From: Anaerolineae bacterium
Lineage (GTDB): Bacteria; Chloroflexota; Anaerolineae; Aggregatilineales; UBA3940
Length of the DNA: 53,054 bases
Direction of reading: 5' to 3'
Assembly: GCA_016927375.1 (NCBI GenBank)
Contig: JAFGMS010000460.1
Location: forward strand, 1-53,054
Position 1 is the stretch's first letter. Every line of letters starts with the position of its first letter. Below the pieces are notes generated by a model that did no database searches, was not told the origin of the DNA, and worked only from the letters and a program-made list of their open reading frames with translations. This document shows positions 38,195 through 47,145 of the stretch, piece after piece. The position numbers were made by a program, and so were the translations under genes.

Positions 38195-40246
38195 ATGATG
38201 AAATCCCGGCCGTCGATGCAGATCCCGCAAGCCAGGCTGGAGCTGGCTGCACTGGTTATTATCTTGATCCTGGCCGCCGTTCTGCGGCTTGGCGCTCCGG
38301 GGATTACTGAATTCAAGCGGGATGAGGCTAACCTGGCTCGCCTGGCTCTGGACCTGGCACGTGGGCGTGATGTGCCATTGTTGGGTATTACTTCGTCGGT
38401 GGGGATACCCAACCCACCGATCAATGCGTACCTGTTTGCCCTTCCTTATTTGGTCGATGACAGCGGCACTGCTGCCACGCTGTTTGTGGGTCTGCTGAAC
38501 GTGGTGGCGGTAGGTTTGACGTGGTGGCTGACCCGCCGCTTCTTCGGCGCAAGAGCGGCTGCTGTGGCGGGGCTCCTCTATGCAGCGGGGCCGTGGGCAG
38601 CTCTTTTCTCCCGCAAGATCTGGGCGCAGGATTTGCTGCCGGCTTTTGTTGTCGCAACCATTCTGACTGGGCTGCTGGGCTTCAAAGAGGGCAAACTTTG
38701 GGCAAAGATTGTGCACTGGCCGCTGTTGGCGCTGACAGTGCAAATTCATTATGGGGCCTTTACACTACTTCCCCTTAGCCTGTTGATGCTTTTGCTGTGG
38801 CAAGACAGGAAACAAGCAAGATCACCCAGGCGTCTTCTTTCAGAGATTGGTGTGGGGATGGGGATCGCGTTGCTGACTGGCCTGCCTGTGTTGTTTGGGG
38901 TGTGTCGGGCGGGGCTGTTCTCTCACGATATGGCTCAAAAGATCCTTGGTAGAGGCGGCTCGTGGTCTATGGTGGTCGATGGGACAGCACTTGACTATGC
39001 CCGGCTGCTGGTCAGTGGCGCGCAGATGCATGCTCTGGCAGGGCCGGATCAGTTCCGCAGTTATTTGACTACGGTGCCGAATGCCTATCCAATCTTTCAG
39101 CTAATCCCATTGGGTGCAGTGCTTTCTGCCGTGTGGTTGGTGTGGCGGAGGTTCGGCGTCTTTCGTACCGCCAGACTGGAGAGGAGCGACAAGCCGGCTG
39201 CCTCTACAGCAGAGGGCGTGGTATCTCATCACCGTGTGGCTGCAGGCGGTGAAGACATCCTCCTGGTTGCCTGGTTGGTGCTGCCGATCCTTGCTTTTAC
39301 CTGGCAGTGGACACCTGTCCAGCTTCACTACCTTATCCCGATGATGCCTGCTGCCTACATCCTGTTCGGGGTGGGCTTCGATGCCCTATGCCGACGGGGC
39401 CAATCCCCGGCTGTGAGGCGAGGCATAATAGCCACCGGAAGTGTGGTCACTGGTGTAGTTGTCGTTTTGCAGGTAGTGATGTTTGCCGGCTTGATACGCT
39501 TCCTGGATACACACTTCACGCCCGGCGGCTTTGGGACCCCTTTGCACTTGCTGATGGACGTACGCAGCGCCATCCTGGAGCAGAGCCCGGCAGACGTGCT
39601 GATTGTAAGCGAGGGTGAGATCCCTGATTACGATCAAGAGCCTGCGGTCTGGAGTGTTCTGCTGGATCGGGTTCCTGATGTGCGCGCCGTCGATGGGAGG
39701 CGCACCGTCGTTGTCCCTGCCGGAGATGCACTGGAGCTGGTACTGCTCTCCCCTACGATTGAGAGCAGTCCTCCTGGAGACTATTGGCGGCGTAGTTATG
39801 GGGGTGAGATCTTCCCTCAGCGGCCTGGTGACAGCGTCTACCTGCTGCGGGCTGTCGATGGCTCATCGCTGGCAGCCCAGACCGTAACAGTCGATCCTGT
39901 CCGGTTGGCCAATGGTGCTGTGTTGGAGGGTTATGCAAGAGATGGGCGTATCCTGGTGCTGGCCTGGAGGCTCACCGGGCCGACGGATCAGGATTATCAG
40001 GTCTTTGCCCATTTGCTCGATGGGGATGGGAACCGTATTGATCAGGCAGATCGTTCCAGTTGGCCGGGATGTTATTGGCGAGAAGGCGATACGCTTTACC
40101 TGTGGTTCGAGTTGGATGACCTGCCGGATGCAGCCTTAGTCCGGACAGGAATGTACACATTTGATGAAGAGAAGATCATCAACGTCGATATCCTGGACGT
40201 GGCCGGCAACCCGGCCGGCCAGTTTGTTGATGTCCCGCTAGACTGA
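38195..40246 (+). CDS. GT39/ArnT-like membrane glycosyltransferase
   Basis: 683 aa. The N-terminal half is polytopic, with an FKRDEA loop after TM1 (GT-C DE motif context). The soluble C-terminal half is about 230 aa. Confidence 0.7.
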   Translation: MMKSRPSMQIPQARLELAALVIILILAAVLRLGAPGITEFKRDEANLARLALDLARGRDVPLLGITSSVGIPNPPINAYLFALPYLVDDSGTAATLFVGLLNVVAVGLTWWLTRRFFGARAAAVAGLLYAAGPWAALFSRKIWAQDLLPAFVVATILTGLLGFKEGKLWAKIVHWPLLALTVQIHYGAFTLLPLSLLMLLLWQDRKQARSPRRLLSEIGVGMGIALLTGLPVLFGVCRAGLFSHDMAQKILGRGGSWSMVVDGTALDYARLLVSGAQMHALAGPDQFRSYLTTVPNAYPIFQLIPLGAVLSAVWLVWRRFGVFRTARLERSDKPAASTAEGVVSHHRVAAGGEDILLVAWLVLPILAFTWQWTPVQLHYLIPMMPAAYILFGVGFDALCRRGQSPAVRRGIIATGSVVTGVVVVLQVVMFAGLIRFLDTHFTPGGFGTPLHLLMDVRSAILEQSPADVLIVSEGEIPDYDQEPAVWSVLLDRVPDVRAVDGRRTVVVPAGDALELVLLSPTIESSPPGDYWRRSYGGEIFPQRPGDSVYLLRAVDGSSLAAQTVTVDPVRLANGAVLEGYARDGRILVLAWRLTGPTDQDYQVFAHLLDGDGNRIDQADRSSWPGCYWREGDTLYLWFELDDLPDAALVRTGMYTFDEEKIINVDILDVAGNPAGQFVDVPLD

Positions 40247-40329
40247 ACTTGCCTGCAAACCAACTTGAGCCTACTATTTTATGACGATAAATCGCAGCTT
40301 GTATTTGAAAACTCTCCAGGGGAGACACC

Positions 40330-41622
40330 ATGACGTCATCTAAGCATCGTTGGTTCGTCGTAGCTGTGTTCTTTCTTTTCATGCTGCTGCACCAATCTGA
40401 CAAATTCCTGATTGGCCCGCTCACGACGCCAATCATGGAGACCTTTGGTATCGATGAGGCGCAGATGGGCGCTGTATCGACGGGGGCATTGTTGGTTGGG
40501 GCAATTCTTTACCCGGTGTGGGGCTATCTGTATGATCGCTATGCCCGTGCCAAGCTGTTGGCATTGGCCTCTCTCATCTGGGGCTTGACCACTTCTCTCA
40601 ATGCAAGTGCGCCCAATTATGGAACCTTTCTGGCTACGCGCGCCTCGACGGGCATCGATGACTCCAGCTATCCTGGCCTACACAGCATCATTGCCGATTA
40701 TTTTGGTCCTCAGGTGCGTGGGAAGATCTATGGGCTGCTGCAGCTCACCGGCCCATTAGGCTATTTGATGGGGATGGTGCTGGCTTTGGTAATGGGTGGG
40801 GTGATCGGTTGGCGCAACGTTTACTATATCACCGGTGGTTTGGGTGTTTTGCTTGCCGTGGTGATTTTTCTGGGCGTCCGTGAACCGCAGCGAGGTGCTG
40901 GTGAGCCGGAGTTGGCGCAGCTGGCGGAGATCGGCATCCACAAATTCGACCTGGATGCTGCCAAGAGGCTGTTTCGCAAGCCGACCTTGCTGCTTCTGTT
41001 TGTTCAGGGCTTCTTTGGTGTATTCCCCTGGCAGGTGATCACCTATTGGATATTCCGTTATCTTGAAACGGAGCGCGGGTACTCGAGCGATGAGATTCTG
41101 ATCACCATGTCGACCGTCATTCTGATCCTGTCTGCCGGGTATTTCATCGGTGGTGCTGCCGGCGATGCGGCATTCCGCCGCACGCCGCGTGGACGCATGC
41201 TTGTATCGTCGGTCGCAGTGTTGTTGGGGGCTGTCTTTCTTTTCTTTGCGCTGACCACACCGCCCGAGAATCGCCTGATGTTCTTTGTATTCTTGTCCGC
41301 TACCGCCATCTTCATGCCATTCTCTGCCCCGAACATGATCTCCTCTGTGTATGATATTACGCTGCCGGAAGTTCGCAGCACGGCGTTGGCCATCCAGCTT
41401 TTCATCGAGAATGCCGGTGCCGCGACCGCGCCGTTTTTGGCAGGTCTGATCGCTAGGCAGTATGATTTGAAAACGGCCTTTTTGCTGATCTGTATCTCCA
41501 CCTGGGTGCTGTGTACGATTTTCTATTCTGTCGGTGCTTACCTGGTGCCACGTGATGTTGCAGTGCTGCGTGCCCAGATGCGTGAACGTGCTGAGGCGGA
41601 GCAGGCTGTCCAGCCTGGCTGA
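40330..41622 (+). CDS. MFS transporter
   Basis: 430 aa and about 12 predicted TM segments. An MFS-like loop motif, GYLYDRYARAKLL, lies between TM2 and TM3. Confidence 0.88.
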   Translation: MTSSKHRWFVVAVFFLFMLLHQSDKFLIGPLTTPIMETFGIDEAQMGAVSTGALLVGAILYPVWGYLYDRYARAKLLALASLIWGLTTSLNASAPNYGTFLATRASTGIDDSSYPGLHSIIADYFGPQVRGKIYGLLQLTGPLGYLMGMVLALVMGGVIGWRNVYYITGGLGVLLAVVIFLGVREPQRGAGEPELAQLAEIGIHKFDLDAAKRLFRKPTLLLLFVQGFFGVFPWQVITYWIFRYLETERGYSSDEILITMSTVILILSAGYFIGGAAGDAAFRRTPRGRMLVSSVAVLLGAVFLFFALTTPPENRLMFFVFLSATAIFMPFSAPNMISSVYDITLPEVRSTALAIQLFIENAGAATAPFLAGLIARQYDLKTAFLLICISTWVLCTIFYSVGAYLVPRDVAVLRAQMRERAEAEQAVQPG

Positions 41623-41730
41623 TGCCTTGCGTTGCGATAGGCTCATTGCTGCTTTGCAGCTTCTACCCATCTCGTCCTGTCTGTCACCGAAGAAGCCGCT
41701 GCGAGCTCGGTTTTGAGCCTGGGAACCTGT

Positions 41731-41814
41731 ATTTTCTAGGCTAGAAAATTGTTTTTCTAGCCTACAAACTTGATTTTCCAGCCTAGAAAGTTGCTTTACC
41801 AGCCTACAAATCAC
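41731..41814. repeat. Four tandem 21-bp units (TTTTCTAGCCTAGAAANTTG-like)
   Basis: Unit 1 (41731) is ATTTTCTAGGCTAGAAAATTG. Unit 2 (41752) is TTTTTCTAGCCTACAAACTTG. Unit 3 (41773) is ATTTTCCAGCCTAGAAAGTTG. Unit 4 (41794) is CTTTACCAGCCTACAAATCAC. Unit 1 contains the palindrome TTTTCTAG-G-CTAGAAAA. Confidence 0.9.
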
Positions 41815-42231
41815 AGTCTCACGCCGGGGAAAACACAATTTCCCTCGGCGTGAAATTTGTTACCCCAGAGCTCATTGCAGAAAAGAACGGACGGGAAAAC
41901 AAAACAGGGTAGGCGAGGTGAGTGGTTTTGCCTAGCGGGAGTGTTCAAGGAGACGCTGTAATGATGCCAGCAGGTAAGCAGATCGGCTCCACGTGGGGAT
42001 TGGGGAAGTTGTGCTGTGGTGGAAATCCATGCTACAGTACCAAAATGCACGGGGCCTAAGAAAGTTACGCACTGCCAACGTAATCTCAGCGTTCCGGCGC
42101 CGCAACTGGTTCTGCGAGCTATGCGTACAGTATGGTAAGAGGTGATGCAACCAATCGTGGTGTGTATCTCAGATCAAAAACTGAGAGCCGGCAGCTGATT
42201 GCTGAAAGCTTACCTGCGAGAGAGGAAATGT

Positions 42232-42909
42232 ATGAGCGATCAAGATAGCAAGAAAAACGATCTCGGTCCGGCCCCCTGGGGTTCCGATCCTATTCGGGGT
42301 GTAGACTACAACTATCTGAGTATTGACAAACCACCCTCAGTCGATCCCAAGCCGGTGATGCCTGAGCGCACCACCGAATTCAATTCACTTCAGGCTCAGG
42401 ACTTCTATCAGCGTGTACGAGGCAGGATTGTCTCTTGGGCACAGGGCACGGGCGCTGGACAAGAGGCGACCAATTACATCCTGCTTATCCCGGATTTGAT
42501 GGCGCTGTTTGTCCGGCTGATGGGTGATCCGCGCGTCTCAGGTGCGCTCAAAGCTGAGATTGCCGCGGCCTCGGCTTACGTGATCAGCCCTATCGACCTG
42601 ATGCCTGAGATGGTGATGGGACCTGCGGGGCTCATCGATGATGCTATTGTAGCCGTGATTGCCCTCAACCGTGTCGTCGCAGCCATGGGGCAGGCCGGCG
42701 AGGATGTTCTGCGCCAGTATTGGGACGGCGATCAGGATATCCTGGTCGTGATTAAGAACCTGATGACGAGAGCCGATAGCTTTGTGACCGGCACGGTCTG
42801 GACCGGGATCAAGAAATTTATGCGCGAAGCCACGGAAGAGAAGCCGAAAGAGGGTCGGATTGTCGAGGGCAAGGCAAAGCCTACCGGTAAGCCGCGTTAC
42901 GATAAGTAA
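42232..42909 (+). CDS. DUF1232 (YkvA-like) domain protein
   Basis: ORF 42199-42909. ATG 42232 lies 6 nt after GAGG. YVISPIDLMPEMVMGPAGLIDDAIVA is the DUF1232 signature. Confidence 0.7.
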   Translation: MSDQDSKKNDLGPAPWGSDPIRGVDYNYLSIDKPPSVDPKPVMPERTTEFNSLQAQDFYQRVRGRIVSWAQGTGAGQEATNYILLIPDLMALFVRLMGDPRVSGALKAEIAAASAYVISPIDLMPEMVMGPAGLIDDAIVAVIALNRVVAAMGQAGEDVLRQYWDGDQDILVVIKNLMTRADSFVTGTVWTGIKKFMREATEEKPKEGRIVEGKAKPTGKPRYDK

Positions 42910-43060
42910 GACGGGCAAGCGATCGGCGTTCGGCATTTAGTCATCATTTCTTGGGTGTTGTCTTTTGATTGGCGACTTTCGCTCTATGACTTTAGGCTGA
43001 CCACTGAGCTTCTGTTAGAGTTTTGGACTTTCGCATTTTTCACGACTAAGCTATTCCTCA

Positions 43061-43127
43061 CCGCAGAGCTCGCAAAGCACGCAGAGTTTTTTCTTTATTT
43101 CCTCTGCGATCTTGGCGTTCTCTGCGG
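43061..43127. repeat. CTCTGCG-type imperfect hairpin repeat between convergent genes
   Basis: CCGCAGAGCTCGCAAAGCACGCAGAG, then a T-rich loop, then CTCTGCGATCTTGGCGTTCTCTGCGG. Related half-copies lie at 44673-44698 and 31796-31814. Confidence 0.75.
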
Positions 43128-43158
43128 TAAATCTATACTATCCGGATGCATTGAGGGA

Positions 43159-44478
43159 TCATCTGGCGAACTTCTCTGCCAGCAAGTCTGCCAATGTCGG
43201 CGAGCCGAGGGGTTGAAGTTCGTAACGGACCCGCTCTATGGGTTTCTTGACGCTAATCACCCGGCGCAAATCAATCGGTGTGGCCATGATGACCAAATTG
43301 GCATCTGATGCATCGATGGTCTTTTGCAGCTCCGATATCTGTTTGCTGCCATAACCCATTGCCGGAAGAACGGCCCCAGTGGTTGGATACTTGGCGTAGA
43401 CATCCCGGATGGAGCCAACGGCAAACGGGCGGGGATCGACCATTTCAGCGGCGCCAAATCGCTGTGCTGCCACCACGCCGGCGCCGTAAGCCATCTCGCC
43501 ATGCGTGAGGGTTGGCCCATCCTCGATGACCAACACGCGCTTGCCCCGGACCGCTTGTGGGTTATCCACAAAGATAGGAGAAGCAGCTTCGATGATGACT
43601 GCTTGCGGGTTGGCAGCCTGAGCACTCGCTCGCACGGCCATGACGTTGTGATAATCGGCCGTGTCGACTTTGTTAATCACGATCACGTCGGCCATGCGTA
43701 AGTTGACTTCGCCGGGATGATAGCTTAGCTCATGCCCCGGCCGGTGGGGATCGGCAACCACGATGTGCATGTCGGACACATAGAAAGACAGATCGTTGTT
43801 GCCGCCATCCCAGAGAATGATATCGGCCTCCTGATCCGCCTGCTGCAGAATTGCTTCGTAGTCCACACCTGCATAGACGACTATCCCGCGGTCGATGTGC
43901 GGCTCATATTCCTCACGCTCTTCAATTGTGCATGCATTCTTGTCAAGATCGTCGTAGGTGGCAAAGCGCTGCACGGCCTGGCTGGCCAGGTCACCGTAGG
44001 GCATGGGGTGGCGGATGGCGACCACTTTATAGCCCATCTTCTGCAGTGCTGCAGCGACGTGGCGGGTTGTCTGGCTTTTACCGCTGCCCGTCCGGATTGC
44101 CCCAATCGATACAACCGGCTTGCTGCTTTTGATCTGCGTGGTGTTTGGCCCCATCAGCCAGTAATCCGCGCCGGCTGCCAGGACCTGGGAGGCCTTGTGC
44201 ATGACCGTCTCATGAGAAACATCACTGTAGGCAAAGACTACCCGCTCGATGCTGTGTGCCTTGATCAGCTGTGCCAGCTCTTTTTCTTCATGAATAGGGA
44301 TACCCTGAGGATAGAGCTCGCCGGACAAGGCTGGCGGGTATGTGCGGCCTTCGATGCCCGGTATCTGTGTCGCAGTAAAGGCGACGACCTCGAATTGTTC
44401 ATTATTGCGGAAGAACACGTTGAAATTGTGGAAATCGCGTCCGGCGGCCCCCATGATCAATACGCGTGTGCGCGCCAT
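43159..44478 (-). CDS. COG2403-type predicted GTPase (family often labelled cyclic 2,3-diphosphoglycerate synthetase-like)
   Basis: ORF 43159-44511. ATG 44478 follows GGAGAG. N-terminus RVLIMGAAGRDFHNFNVFFRNN. P-loop-like AIRTGSGKSQTT. Other blocks RHPMPYGDL and ILWDGGNND. Confidence 0.72.
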   Translation of the reverse strand: MARTRVLIMGAAGRDFHNFNVFFRNNEQFEVVAFTATQIPGIEGRTYPPALSGELYPQGIPIHEEKELAQLIKAHSIERVVFAYSDVSHETVMHKASQVLAAGADYWLMGPNTTQIKSSKPVVSIGAIRTGSGKSQTTRHVAAALQKMGYKVVAIRHPMPYGDLASQAVQRFATYDDLDKNACTIEEREEYEPHIDRGIVVYAGVDYEAILQQADQEADIILWDGGNNDLSFYVSDMHIVVADPHRPGHELSYHPGEVNLRMADVIVINKVDTADYHNVMAVRASAQAANPQAVIIEAASPIFVDNPQAVRGKRVLVIEDGPTLTHGEMAYGAGVVAAQRFGAAEMVDPRPFAVGSIRDVYAKYPTTGAVLPAMGYGSKQISELQKTIDASDANLVIMATPIDLRRVISVKKPIERVRYELQPLGSPTLADLLAEKFAR

Positions 44479-44552
44479 AGTCTCTCCTAGAGTGTGGTGG
44501 ATGGTGGTCAACTGCCATAATTCTAGTCCCTACTTCCGATCGTGCAAGAGGA

Positions 44553-44698
44553 TTAGTACAGTTGGGTCTAAATAGACCCGGAGTTAGAATGCGCTTCTTG
44601 CCCAACTGTTTAAGTGTTCCATGGCAAGCCACAACTAAGGGTTTACTTAGGCCTCGGAACACTGGTGTTTCGCGGCAGAGAACGCCGAGAGCGCAGAG
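44553..44698. repeat. Mosaic repeat copy C (reverse unit + half of central module) abutting a CTCTGCG-type half repeat
   Basis: 44553-44615 is the reverse complement of the copy A/B unit. 44616-44674 matches the copy B centre (CCACAACTAAGGGTTTACTTAGG...GGAACACTGGTGTTTCGCG). 44673-44698 reads CGGCAGAGAACGCCGAGAGCGCAGAG. Confidence 0.8.
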
Positions 44699-44894
44699 AA
44701 AAAAACCAGAAGATTGCATCAGTAATCCCAGCGGCAAACCTCCAAAGAGGGAATCGCTGATATGTGTTCACTTGAGAGCCCATTATTGATCATTGTCCTT
44801 TTCCGGCTGTGCAAACCGGTTGTCATTGCTGCGAAGGTCGGAACGGTATTAAGCCGTCGCTGGAAGCCTGGTGGTGATATCATGTTGACACTTG

Positions 44895-44960
44895 TGGAGA
44901 TAACAGGATATATCGGTGGAGATAACAGGACATATCGGTGAGGATAATAGCACTTGTCTC
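44895..44960. repeat. About three tandem 22-bp units
   Basis: GTGGAGATAACAGGATATATCG, then GTGGAGATAACAGGACATATCG, then the degenerate GTGAGGATAATAGCACTTGTCT. Confidence 0.85.
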
Positions 44961-45205
44961 TTGATGCTCGATGCTCGTTACTCAAAACATTCCCATCGAG
45001 GCAAGACGTTGTTACCAATCACTAACAACTATTTTCAGAGGAGTGGTCTATGAGCAAAAGCTCGCCAATGGGAGTGAAAATAGCAGCGGCTTGTAAGTGA
45101 TTGTGGCGTATGGATTCCCGCTTTCGTGGGAATGACAGAATTGGCGAAGGCCGGTTATGCTGAGGCTTGTGATAGCAGTAGGCACATACAAAGCACAAAG
45201 CTTTA

Positions 45206-45294
45206 GACATTATCACGGTTTAATTTTGCTGAGGCGCAGTAACACTCAGAATATGGCTCTTTTCCCGCTTGGAGAATTTAATCGTGATAATGTC
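45206..45294. repeat. Long inverted repeat (20-nt arms, 49-nt spacer) just downstream of nusB
   Basis: GACATTATCACGGTTTAATT (45206-45225) pairs with AATTTAATCGTGATAATGTC (45275-45294). That is 18 Watson-Crick pairs, one G-U and one mismatch. Confidence 0.75.
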
Positions 45295-45355
45295 TTTTTA
45301 ACTCGTTGCTCGTGCCTCATTGCTCGTTGCTATTTTCAAGGGAGCCTTCGGCAGC

Positions 45356-45880
45356 TCATTCACTCGACTGCGCCGATCCCTTGCTCTTGGAAGGATGAGG
45401 CACAATTAAATCGGCGTTCTTGCTGGCCAGAGCACCCAATACGCCATTGATGAAGCGCGGAGCACTGTCGCTGCCATAGGTCTTTGCCAGCTCGACTGCT
45501 TCGTTGATGGCTACTTTGAGAGGAGTTTCGGCAAAGGTAGTCAATTCAAGAATGGCGATGCGGAGGATGTTGCGATCGATAAGTGCCATTTGTTCCACCG
45601 GCCATTCAGGTGCATGCTCATGGATAAGCTTATCGAGCTCGCTTTGATGATCGAGCACGCCATAAAGAAGATGCCGTGAGAATGTCACAGCATCTTCACT
45701 AAATTCCTCCTCTGCCAGATACCTGCTCAATACATCCTCAACAGGATGTGCTGAACAATCAACCTCGTAGAGGATTTTCAGTACCAGGTTGCGAACTTTA
45801 CGACGTGCTTGCAAGATATTGGCTCTCCAACCGGCAGTAATGGTCGGGATTCGCGGAAGAGCGGCTTCCCGATCTAACAA
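45356..45880 (-). CDS. nusB: Transcription antitermination factor NusB
   Basis: 174 aa. [17 protein letters not shown] and [26 protein letters not shown] blocks. TTG start at 45880 is uncertain. Confidence 0.88.
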   Translation of the reverse strand: MLDREAALPRIPTITAGWRANILQARRKVRNLVLKILYEVDCSAHPVEDVLSRYLAEEEFSEDAVTFSRHLLYGVLDHQSELDKLIHEHAPEWPVEQMALIDRNILRIAILELTTFAETPLKVAINEAVELAKTYGSDSAPRFINGVLGALASKNADLIVPHPSKSKGSAQSSE

Positions 45881-45930
45881 GGCCGGTCGTTTTCATACGA
45901 GAAATCAGTCCGTGTGTTTCCGGATTCCTG

Positions 45931-46284
45931 TTAGGCCTCCGGCTTACTATCTGGAGTGAAATCGACATCCTCGATATGGACATTGACTTTGAGCACTTCC
46001 ATTCCAACCAGTTCCTGGATCGACCGGGTTACTGAACGTTGTACTTCGTGGCTGATATCACGCATACTCACACCCGGCTTTACGATCAGGTAGAGTTCGA
46101 AGGAGACTTGATTCCTCTCAATCTCAAGCACCACACCAGATCCCATAGGGTTTCCCTTGAGCAGGTGCGTGACATCGATCGGAATGGTTCCCATGCGGGC
46201 TATTCCTTTGACCTCGATGGCTGCCTGCCGGGCGATGGTGATCAGCACACTAGGAGCAATTGTAACGGTATCTTGTGGTTCCAT
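45931..46284 (-). CDS. Asp23/Gls24 family envelope-stress protein
   Basis: ORF 45931-46362. ATG 46284 lies downstream of the fabG stop and after GAGG. VTIAPSVLITIARQAAIEVKGIARMG is the Asp23 N-terminal block. The Asp23-nusB adjacency matches the Firmicute yqhY-nusB arrangement. Confidence 0.85.
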   Translation of the reverse strand: MEPQDTVTIAPSVLITIARQAAIEVKGIARMGTIPIDVTHLLKGNPMGSGVVLEIERNQVSFELYLIVKPGVSMRDISHEVQRSVTRSIQELVGMEVLKVNVHIEDVDFTPDSKPEA

Positions 46285-46300
46285 AACTGCCTCTGGGAGG

Positions 46301-47050
46301 CTATCCCATGACCATGCCACCATCAACAGACAGTATATGTCCGGTGATGTAACCTGCTTCATCTGATGCCAGGAAAGCTACAGCATAGGCGATCTCTTCC
46401 GGTGTACCCCATCTCTTAAGGGGGATGGAACCCAGCGAGCCCTGCTTGAGTTCTTCGGGCAGATCCTGGGTCAATTCAGTTGGAATGAAGCCTGGCGCAA
46501 CTGCGTTCACGGTGATGTTGCGAGCTGCGACTTCCCTGGCGAGCGATTTTGTGAATCCGATTATACCTGCCTTGCTGGCACTGTAGTTTGTCTGTCCGGG
46601 ATTTCCGGCTATCCCGGAAACCGAGCTCATGCTCACAATACGACCATAGCGTTGTCGCATCATACTCCTGACCACGGCTTTTGAGCACAGGAACGCGCTT
46701 TTGAGATTGGTGGTCAGGACTGCATCCCAGTCTTCTTCAGCCATCGTCATGATGAGTGTATCTCGTGTGATCCCTGCATTGTTGACCAGGATGTCGATCT
46801 TGCCTTGGGCTTCGAGGGCATCTTTAATCATTTTGTCTACCTGGTCAGATTTGGTGACATCAGCCTGGAGCGCCATGGCTTTACCACCTGCTGTCTCGAT
46901 AGCCTTGACTGTGTCCGCGGCTTTCTCTGCATCTGATTCGCTGGGATAGTGGTTGACGATGATAGTTGCCCCCCGGCGACTGAGCTCCTCGCAGATGGCG
47001 CGACCGATGCCCTGTGAGCCTCCCGTGACCAGCGCGACTCGTTCCTTCAT
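46301..47050 (-). CDS. fabG: 3-oxoacyl-ACP reductase FabG (SDR)
   Basis: ORF to 47086; ATG 47050 or 47086. TGGSQGIG cofactor motif, NNAG, and catalytic Y-x3-K as YSASKAG. Confidence 0.93.
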   Translation of the reverse strand: MKERVALVTGGSQGIGRAICEELSRRGATIIVNHYPSESDAEKAADTVKAIETAGGKAMALQADVTKSDQVDKMIKDALEAQGKIDILVNNAGITRDTLIMTMAEEDWDAVLTTNLKSAFLCSKAVVRSMMRQRYGRIVSMSSVSGIAGNPGQTNYSASKAGIIGFTKSLAREVAARNITVNAVAPGFIPTELTQDLPEELKQGSLGSIPLKRWGTPEEIAYAVAFLASDEAGYITGHILSVDGGMVMG

Positions 47051-47145
47051 GATTGTCCGTTTCCTCCCCTCATGGATAGTTGTCAAAGGTCAAAGCGGAG
47101 CGATTGTACCACCGCTTCAAAGTGAGTTCAAATGTGATGCTGTTC

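Noticed and set aside
40756-41838. 360-aa minus-strand ORF with an apparent heptad repeat at its N-terminus
   Set aside because: It is antisense to the MFS transporter. The heptad pattern (RLVKQLSRLENQVCRLEKQFSSLEN) is the 21-bp DNA repeat read in frame.
43732-44490. 252-aa plus-strand ORF
   Set aside because: It is antisense to the COG2403 gene, which has clear family-specific blocks.
45050-45100. 16-codon ORF MSKSSPMGVKIAAACK with a GAGGAG SD
   Set aside because: It is too short to support from sequence alone and there are no adjacent modification or processing genes. It is mentioned within the 44512-45355 finding but not called as a feature.
45114-45133. ATTCCC-N8-GGGAAT hairpin matching the form of neisserial dRS3 repeats
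   Set aside because: It is a single copy in an unrelated lineage with no phage or integrase context. I treat it as a coincidental 8-bp-stem hairpin.
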